From NCBI GenBank assembly GCA_965195285.1, contig CBDAFS010000045.1:1-53315 (forward strand): a stretch of DNA of 53,315 bases. Direction: 5' to 3'. The number at the start of each line of letters is the position of its first letter. The stretch's first letter is position 1. Under the pieces are notes generated by a model, which worked only from the letters and a program-made list of their open reading frames with translations, did no database searches and had not been told where the DNA came from. The position numbers were made by a program, and so were the translations under genes. Shown one piece after another: positions 47,284-53,315 of this stretch. This DNA comes from an uncultured Aminicenantes bacterium. GTDB lineage: Bacteria; Acidobacteriota; Aminicenantia; UBA2199.

Positions 47284-47550
47284 ATGAAAGAAAAAATGAT
47301 CGAATTGAATTTGCTTCTTCTCTACCTTTCCGGCTGGGAGGAAGATTCGCGAAACGATCCAGGCCAGAAAATTTACCGGGCCTGGAAAGGATTCCTTTTT
47401 GAGGTTCTGAATGAAATGGAAGAGAAGGAAATGATTCAACAGTTCCGCAACGGAAAATCCGTCATCATCACACCGGATGGAATCAAGAAAGCTGAAGAAT
47501 TGAAACAGAAATTTTTAGGAGGTGACAATCATGACAAATCGAAATGGTAA
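47284..47550 (+). CDS. Small wHTH-like protein (DUF6429-like)
   Basis: LLLLYL..W, RAWKGF.F.VLN.....I, KSV..T..G. Confidence 0.7.
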   Translation: MKEKMIELNLLLLYLSGWEEDSRNDPGQKIYRAWKGFLFEVLNEMEEKEMIQQFRNGKSVIITPDGIKKAEELKQKFLGGDNHDKSKW

Positions 47551-48496
47551 ACAGGTACTGACCTATTCCGCAATGCAGTCGTTTCTGACCTGCCCGAGAA
47601 AATATTTTTGGAGGTATGTCGAGGAAATCGAGCCGGTAGAGAAATCAGAGCCTCTTATTCTGGGATCGGCAGTTCATCGCTGGCTTGAATATTTCTACAC
47701 CCAGGTTCCGGTTGAGAAGAGCACCTTTTTAAACGAGGTTGTTTCCCCGAAGGCACGGGGCATTCTGCAGGGGGTGATCGATAACTACAGCCGGATCTAC
47801 CAGGATGATTTTGATCAATTCGATGTGTTGGGAGTGGAACGTGTACTCTCCGGAAAAATTATCAACCCGGAAACTCACCGGTCTTCTGCAAACTTCCGAT
47901 TTGGTGGAAAATTGGACACTCTAGTACGGTTGAAGGTGGAGATAGAGAACATACCTACCGGAAGCCTGGCCATCATGGAGACCAAAACGGCTGCACGTGT
48001 TGATGATCTGTTCTGGAGTCGGATCGCCATGGATCCCCAAGTTCAACTGTACGCGCACTTTCTGTCAGAGGAACTCGGTGAGCCGATTGCTGGAGTGATC
48101 TTCAACGTTATCGAGAAGCCCTCTTTGAGGCAAAAGAAGGCTGAGAGCGAAGAGGAGTTCACAAATCGCATCTGTGAGAAGATGAGCGATCCGGCTATGT
48201 ATCACCGGCGCACCATTGCGGTCAGTGATCTGGATTCGGCAGAGCTTCTGAACGATCTTTGGAACACCAAAAGCTTCATCCATCTGGCCAAGGAAAACAA
48301 TGCTTTCCCCAAAAGCAGCAACGCGTGTACTCTCTATAATTCGACCTGTGATTATATGCCCCTCTGTTCCGCAAAAGATCCGGATGCAGTGATCAAAGAG
48401 TCGGGTCTGTATCAGAAGCGAGAAGCGAATATCGAACTGGTGGAAACTGAAACTGCTTTCAGAGAGCAGGAGCGCAACGTTGCTGTACCGTTCTAA
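47531..48496 (+). CDS. Phage-type PD-(D/E)XK exonuclease (RecB/Cas4-like) with 4-Cys Fe-S staple
   Basis: TYS....F..CPRKY, GSAVH, GKLD, METKT, Q.QLY, C......CDY..LC. Confidence 0.85.
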   Translation: MTNRNGKQVLTYSAMQSFLTCPRKYFWRYVEEIEPVEKSEPLILGSAVHRWLEYFYTQVPVEKSTFLNEVVSPKARGILQGVIDNYSRIYQDDFDQFDVLGVERVLSGKIINPETHRSSANFRFGGKLDTLVRLKVEIENIPTGSLAIMETKTAARVDDLFWSRIAMDPQVQLYAHFLSEELGEPIAGVIFNVIEKPSLRQKKAESEEEFTNRICEKMSDPAMYHRRTIAVSDLDSAELLNDLWNTKSFIHLAKENNAFPKSSNACTLYNSTCDYMPLCSAKDPDAVIKESGLYQKREANIELVETETAFREQERNVAVPF

Positions 48497-48507
48497 GGAG
48501 GTGAGAC

Positions 48508-49209
48508 ATGAAAAACAAAACAGAAAAAAATCCATGGAGCATTCTGGTCTATGGGGTGCCCAAAATCGGACTCTCAACGCTGGCAACCCAATTCCCGGAT
48601 CCTGTGTTTATCAACCTTGATGACAACCTCTCCTATTTAGCGCCAAAGAAAGAAATTAAGGTCTCCAATTGGGACGATTTTATCCGTGCTGGTGCTGAGA
48701 TCAGTGAGGGTAAAAGCCCCTCTCAAACGCTTGTGGTGGCCCATGTGGAGCGATTGTGGCAGTTCACCTGTGATCATGTGACTGCGACGGCAAACGGCAA
48801 GAATGGTACGAAGGCAGAGAATATTGCTGACTTAGCCTACTCGGATTGGCGACAGGCCATTGATCTCTTCGAAACCAAACTGAAGAAACTGACCTCACTG
48901 GGAAACACGGTTTTCCTGAGTCACGAAATTGCAGAATCCCGCAACATCAGAGGACTGGAAAGGACCCACTTTCTGGCCAATCTGGAGAGGAAGGCAAGTC
49001 TGGTGGTACTGAATTTGGTGGATTCTGTAGGACGATTGTATTCCGTTGAGCAAGATGTCAGAATTCTCTCATTCATAAGCCAGGAGAATCAGATCACCGG
49101 ATCACGCATACCGGAATTGACGAACAAAAAATTCGTATTCCAGGATCAGGATATATCACCCTTCATCCGGGTGATACAATCACTTGAAAACGCTCATCCT
49201 GCAAACTGA
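48508..49209 (+). CDS. AAA_24/Sak4-like protein with degenerate Walker motifs
   Basis: ILVYG.PKIGLST, FP.PVFI, ..W.DF, FLSHE, D.VG.L. Confidence 0.7.
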   Translation: MKNKTEKNPWSILVYGVPKIGLSTLATQFPDPVFINLDDNLSYLAPKKEIKVSNWDDFIRAGAEISEGKSPSQTLVVAHVERLWQFTCDHVTATANGKNGTKAENIADLAYSDWRQAIDLFETKLKKLTSLGNTVFLSHEIAESRNIRGLERTHFLANLERKASLVVLNLVDSVGRLYSVEQDVRILSFISQENQITGSRIPELTNKKFVFQDQDISPFIRVIQSLENAHPAN

Positions 49210-49219
49210 GGGGGATGCT

Positions 49220-49339
49220 ATGAACATCTACCAATTGTTCAGATATATCATGCGGATGCTCACATCCAAAGAAGCGCTCCTGGCACTCATCGAACTGCTC
49301 AAGCGCATCCTTGAAAAGAAATATCCAAATCGGCACTGA
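49220..49339 (+). CDS. 39-aa helical peptide
   Basis: GAGGGGG RBS; MNIYQLFRYIMRMLTSKEALLALIELLKRILEKKYPNRH; lies before the terminator. Confidence 0.5.
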   Translation: MNIYQLFRYIMRMLTSKEALLALIELLKRILEKKYPNRH

Positions 49340-49352
49340 ACATCTGCCGAGT

Positions 49353-49379
49353 AAAGAGGCGGAGAAATCCGTCTCTTTT
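49353..49379 (+). terminator. Intrinsic terminator
   Basis: AAAGAGGCGGA-GAAA-TCCGTCTCTTTT. Confidence 0.75.
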
Positions 49380-49593
49380 AGTCACAATACCATTTCCGGT
49401 CTCTGGCGATCGGGGGAGGAGGGGGTGGAGGGGTCCCCTGAATAGAATATTAGGTTATCAATTTTCCAAGTTTCAATGCATCGTCCCCGTTTTCTCATTT
49501 TATTAATCTTCCAATGATTTTCTGTAAAACTTTTACATCACTTCATTCGTTCAGTTACATGGGAGCAAAGTCTGTCCTTGCCGGAGGAAAAAC

Positions 49594-51819
49594 ATGAACA
49601 TGAGGAAAAAACGAATGCTGGCAACCATGGTATGGTTTATCGCAACCTTTGCGCTGGTTCTTTCAGCGGCAAGACCCGATGTCAACCACGCTGACCGGGC
49701 TGCACCAGTCACCATCCACAAGACTGAATCGCCGCCGGTCATCGACGGCAAGCTGGACGACCCTGTCTGGCAGTTGGCCACCCGTTTTGACGGTTTCATC
49801 ACCTTCAAACCTGACTACGGCAAACCGACCTCTGAGAAGACCGTGGTGCTGATGACCTATGACCAGAAATACATCTACTTCGCCTTTGACTGCCGGGACA
49901 GCGAGCCCTCCAAGATAAAGGCCGCCATGTCCAAAAGGGATGGTATCGACATGGACGACTGGATCGGCGTGGTACTGGACACCTTCGGTGACAGGCAGGG
50001 TGGCTACCTGTTCTCGGTCAATCCCCTAGGTGTGCAGCAGGATGGCATGCTCAATGCCGATGGCAATGGCGACGTCAGCTTCGATACCGTCTGGAAAAGC
50101 GATGGAAATATCAACAGCCAGGGCTACATTGTGGAAGTGGCCATACCTTTCAAAAGTTTGCGCTATTCCTTCAAGAAAAAAATAACCATGGGGCTGCTGG
50201 CGACCCGATACATCGGCCGCAAGTCCGAGCAGACCAGTTTTCCGGAATTTGATCCCGAGGGCGGAGCCATCATGACCCAGTCCCAGATGATTGAATTGAG
50301 CGACATAAAGTTCGAACGGCCGGTGGAGTTTATCCCGGCTGTCACTTACAGCCAAAACAGTGTTCACAGTGATGGCGCCCTGGGCTCGACAGGAAAGAAC
50401 ACCGAGTTCAGCCTGACCGGCAAGGTCGGCCTCACCTCCAACCTGACCCTGGACGCAGCGTACAATCCCGATTTCAGCCAGGTAGAGGCCGATGCCGGCC
50501 AGATCGACGTCAACCTGCGCTATTCGATATACTACTCCGAGAAGCGCCCGTTCTTCCTTGAGGGCATGGAGCACTTCAACTTCGCTACGGCCCTGGAACA
50601 AAACCCCCTTGGGGCGGTCGTCTATACCCGCACCATCGTCGACCCTCTTCTGGGCTTTAAACTGACGGGGAAAATCGGTAATTCTAATGTGGTTTCCGGC
50701 ATTTTCGCCCTGGACGAGTATCCCGGTGACCTGGCCCAAGAGGAGGGCGATTCCGAGAATGCAGGCAGCAACGCCGCCTTCTCCATCCTGCGTTACAAGC
50801 GGCAGATGAGTCGGGATAATTATGTCGGTGCCTTTTTCACTAACCGCAGTTTTTCCGGCGACAGCAACAGCGTCGGCGGCATCGACGGCCGCTGGCGGCT
50901 GAACAACACCAGCTTCCTGGAGTACAGCGCTCTGGGCTCGATAAGCCACGATGCGGATGCTACCGATGACGAGCAGGGCCACTACCTCGGCCTGCGCTAC
51001 AACTTCAGTAACCGGCGCTGGTATGTCGACCTGGGCCTGTTCGACCTGAGCCAGAATTTCCGCATCGACACGGGCTATGTGACCCGCACCGGCATCACCA
51101 TGGTGCCGGTATTGATAATGCACTATATATATCCCAAGTCCAAGTTCTTCCAGAAGCTCGACGCCTTCTGGTGGGGCTACCACCTGCTGGACAAGCACAG
51201 TGACCTCTTCGAGACCTACAATCACTTGGTGCTTCGCCTCAGCATGCCGCGCCAGTCGCAGGTGCGCTTTGACGCCATCCTGGGCAACGAGGTTTTTGCC
51301 GACCTGCGCTTCAGTCTGAGTGGATGGCGGGTCCGCGGATACACCCAGATTTTCAAGCAGCTGTACCTGGAAGGCGGTTACCGACGTTCGGACCGCATCT
51401 ACTACGATGAGGAGGACCCGTTCCAGGGCAGAGGAAATACGGCCGATCTCTACCTGCTCTTCCAGCCTTTCGAGAAGCTGAGCTCTTCACTGGGTCTCAC
51501 CTACTATGATTTTTATCGCTCCAGTAATGGGGAAAAGGTCTACGACTACACGATCTGGCGCAGCCGTACGACCTTTCAGGTGAACCGCTACCTGTTCTTC
51601 CGGGCCATCATCGAGTACAACCACTACTGGAAAGAGATCAACGCCGACTTCCTGGCCAGCTTCACCTATATCCCGGGAACGGTAATCTACTTCGGCTACG
51701 GCTCGGTCTACGAGAAGATTATGTGGAGCAACGAGGACCGCGAGTATTTTCCCTCTGAGGACTATCTTCAGACCAAAAGAAGTTTCTTCTTCAAAGCGTC
51801 GTATTTATGGAGGTTCTAA
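49594..51819 (+). CDS. CBM9-like + DUF5916 outer-membrane protein
   Basis: P.IDGKLDD.VW, F.VNP.GVQ.D, E.AIPFKSLRY, NPDFSQVEAD, EKRPFFLEG, C-terminal K.SYLWRF. Confidence 0.88.
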   Translation: MNMRKKRMLATMVWFIATFALVLSAARPDVNHADRAAPVTIHKTESPPVIDGKLDDPVWQLATRFDGFITFKPDYGKPTSEKTVVLMTYDQKYIYFAFDCRDSEPSKIKAAMSKRDGIDMDDWIGVVLDTFGDRQGGYLFSVNPLGVQQDGMLNADGNGDVSFDTVWKSDGNINSQGYIVEVAIPFKSLRYSFKKKITMGLLATRYIGRKSEQTSFPEFDPEGGAIMTQSQMIELSDIKFERPVEFIPAVTYSQNSVHSDGALGSTGKNTEFSLTGKVGLTSNLTLDAAYNPDFSQVEADAGQIDVNLRYSIYYSEKRPFFLEGMEHFNFATALEQNPLGAVVYTRTIVDPLLGFKLTGKIGNSNVVSGIFALDEYPGDLAQEEGDSENAGSNAAFSILRYKRQMSRDNYVGAFFTNRSFSGDSNSVGGIDGRWRLNNTSFLEYSALGSISHDADATDDEQGHYLGLRYNFSNRRWYVDLGLFDLSQNFRIDTGYVTRTGITMVPVLIMHYIYPKSKFFQKLDAFWWGYHLLDKHSDLFETYNHLVLRLSMPRQSQVRFDAILGNEVFADLRFSLSGWRVRGYTQIFKQLYLEGGYRRSDRIYYDEEDPFQGRGNTADLYLLFQPFEKLSSSLGLTYYDFYRSSNGEKVYDYTIWRSRTTFQVNRYLFFRAIIEYNHYWKEINADFLASFTYIPGTVIYFGYGSVYEKIMWSNEDREYFPSEDYLQTKRSFFFKASYLWRF

Positions 51820-52093
51820 GAAACAAGTACAGCGGAGTGCTGTGTGTTCGTTTTTACCGGACGTTTATCCCCTTCTTTACCCTCTCACCCCCTTCTCTCT
51901 AGAAGTATTAAAATCGCAGTTCTGCAGCCAGGTGGCAAAATCGCGGATTTCCGAAGAAAGGAAGGGGGACGATGGCTGAGTTCTTGAGTTTATGAAAATG
52001 TCAGTTAATATGTCAATGGACAATAGATTTTGTCAAGACTTTTTTTATGCCGTCTTAAAACAATTCCCAAATTCAGTGATGTGAAGTTAAGAA

Positions 52094-52120
52094 GGGGACA
52101 GGCAAAGTTTGCCTGTCCCC
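52094..52120. repeat. Perfect REP-like hairpin / possible bidirectional terminator
   Basis: GGGGACAGGCAAA-G-TTTGCCTGTCCCC between convergent genes. Confidence 0.7.
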
Positions 52121-52154
52121 CATAATAAAAGAGCCAAAAATCGTTAAAAAAATT

Positions 52155-52757
52155 TTACAACCAACCTTTTTGACGGGCAATTCTGTAAGCATCAATGCGA
52201 TTATTCGCATCCAACTTGCTGATGGCTTCAGAGAGATAGTTTCGGACAGTACCCTCAGCTAGATAAATCTGTTTTGAAATTTCTTTGACTGTCAATCCTT
52301 CACCGGCAAGCCTAAGTGTCAATCGCTCATTTTCGGTTAAGGGGTCATTTTCGGTCCATGCTTCCATAGCCAATTCCGGATCTATTGAACGCCCCCCTGA
52401 AACCACCTCTCGGATGGCGTTTGCCAGTTTCTCCGAAGGCGTATCTTTTAAGAGATAACCGGAGACACCTGAATCAAGAGCTCTTCTGAGAAATCCCGGT
52501 CTGGCAAAAGTCGTCAGGATAATGACACGGGTCTTGATGTGATGTTCTTTTATTTTTATAGCTAGGTCCAGGCCGGACATTTTTGGCATCTCAATATCAG
52601 TAAGCACAATATCGATTGGTTGCTCTTTGAGTAACTTAAATGCAGTTTCGCCATTCAATGCGGTTGCCTTAACTTCAAAATCCGATTCGATTTCCAACAA
52701 CGCCACCAATGCGCCCAAAACCATTGCCTGATCCTCTGCAACAAGAATCTTAATCAA
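52155..52757 (-). CDS. NarL/DesR-family response regulator
   Basis: AEDQ, DIEMP, LTTFARPG.L.RAL..GV.GYLLKD, GTVRNYLS. Confidence 0.92.
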   Translation of the reverse strand: MIKILVAEDQAMVLGALVALLEIESDFEVKATALNGETAFKLLKEQPIDIVLTDIEMPKMSGLDLAIKIKEHHIKTRVIILTTFARPGFLRRALDSGVSGYLLKDTPSEKLANAIREVVSGGRSIDPELAMEAWTENDPLTENERLTLRLAGEGLTVKEISKQIYLAEGTVRNYLSEAISKLDANNRIDAYRIARQKGWL

Positions 52758-53315
52758 GTTGGACCTCAGGATATGTATTACTTCTAATCGGAATTTTCAA
52801 CTGGATCGTGGTTCCATTGGATGACTTTATCTTTATTTTGCCCCCCAGTAGTTTGATCCTCGTTCTCATACCATCAATACCCAAGCCATTCTCATTTGGC
52901 AAATAGCCGATTCCGTTATCAGTTACTGTGATTTCAACATTCGACCCGGAATGTTGAATTGAAAATTCACATTGCGTGGCTTTTGAATGACGGATAATAT
53001 TTGTCACCGATTCACGAAGAATGTAAGCGAGAACATTTTCAATCTTTGAAGATATCTTAATTGGTGTTGAATGGATGGAATATTTAATTTCAGCTGCTTT
53101 CAGGGCAACTTTAATGCCCCTTAATTCAGCTGCCAAGCCCCCTTTCCTAAAACCTTTCACAACTTCTCTCACCTCTGAGAGGGCTTTTCTGGAAATATCT
53201 TCAACCTCATTGATTTCCTGTTCCGCCAGTTTTAAATTTTTATGGATCAGCTTTCCTGCCAATTCCGATTTTAAAACAATAACGGAAAGGGTATGGCCCA
53301 GAAGATCGTGAAGAT
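52750..53315 (-). CDS. DesK-like sensor histidine kinase (5' part outside window)
   Basis: In-frame LHDLLGHTLSVIVLKSELA upstream of the listed ORF; E.VTN.IRHS, DNG.G, G.G..GM..R. Confidence 0.9.
   Translation of the reverse strand, partial: LHDLLGHTLSVIVLKSELAGKLIHKNLKLAEQEINEVEDISRKALSEVREVVKGFRKGGLAAELRGIKVALKAAEIKYSIHSTPIKISSKIENVLAYILRESVTNIIRHSKATQCEFSIQHSGSNVEITVTDNGIGYLPNENGLGIDGMRTRIKLLGGKIKIKSSNGTTIQLKIPIRSNTYPEVQLD

Noticed and set aside
47531-48496. cas4 of a CRISPR-Cas system
   Set aside because: No cas1/cas2 or array; the adjacent Sak4-like gene indicates a phage-type exonuclease
50026-51225. 399-aa antisense ORF
   Set aside because: Shadow of the GC3-rich DUF5916 gene; no recognisable motifs
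1-53315. Complete integron, retron, DGR or prophage
   Set aside because: No tyrosine integrase, reverse transcriptase or phage structural gene is recognisable in the window

Overview
Bacterial genomic window (diderm; gene style suggests Acidobacteriota/Aminicenantia, by inference only) with three zones. (1) About 0.3-15.2 kb is an AT-rich accessory/defence island strewn with GGGGAC-core REP-like repeats. It holds a RAYT-type transposase stub, a small membrane protein + STAND/NLR-like NTPase pair sharing a matching Q-x-Q-x-I-G-x-x-S-x-G-x-Q motif (candidate amyloid-signalling immune system), a TIR/nuclease-like gene and an RxxxxH gene, an intact IS481-family element, an attC-flanked RiPP module (precursor ending GGCGIGCW + radical SAM/SPASM), group II intron-like 5' stubs and two type II TA modules. 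(2) About 15.2-38.9 kb is backbone: pspC-like gene, an FHA / FHA-SEDS / giant class B PBP operon, DUF6599-DUF362, an OM barrel, an M14 peptidase, a branched repeat array, parAB with a non-canonical palindromic parS candidate, HAD, der, ispF, PIN/TRAM, tatC, tatA/B, fetAB-like ABC and tRNA-Ser(UGA). (3) About 38.9-53.3 kb is a tRNA-linked island with att-like tRNA fragments, a degenerate attC, HEAT-repeat proteins, an IS66 stub, a type IIG R-M fusion, a phage-like exonuclease + degenerate Sak4-like module, a GC-rich CBM9/DUF5916 gene and a DesK/DesR-like pair. All family calls come from motif recognition by eye, not database searches.
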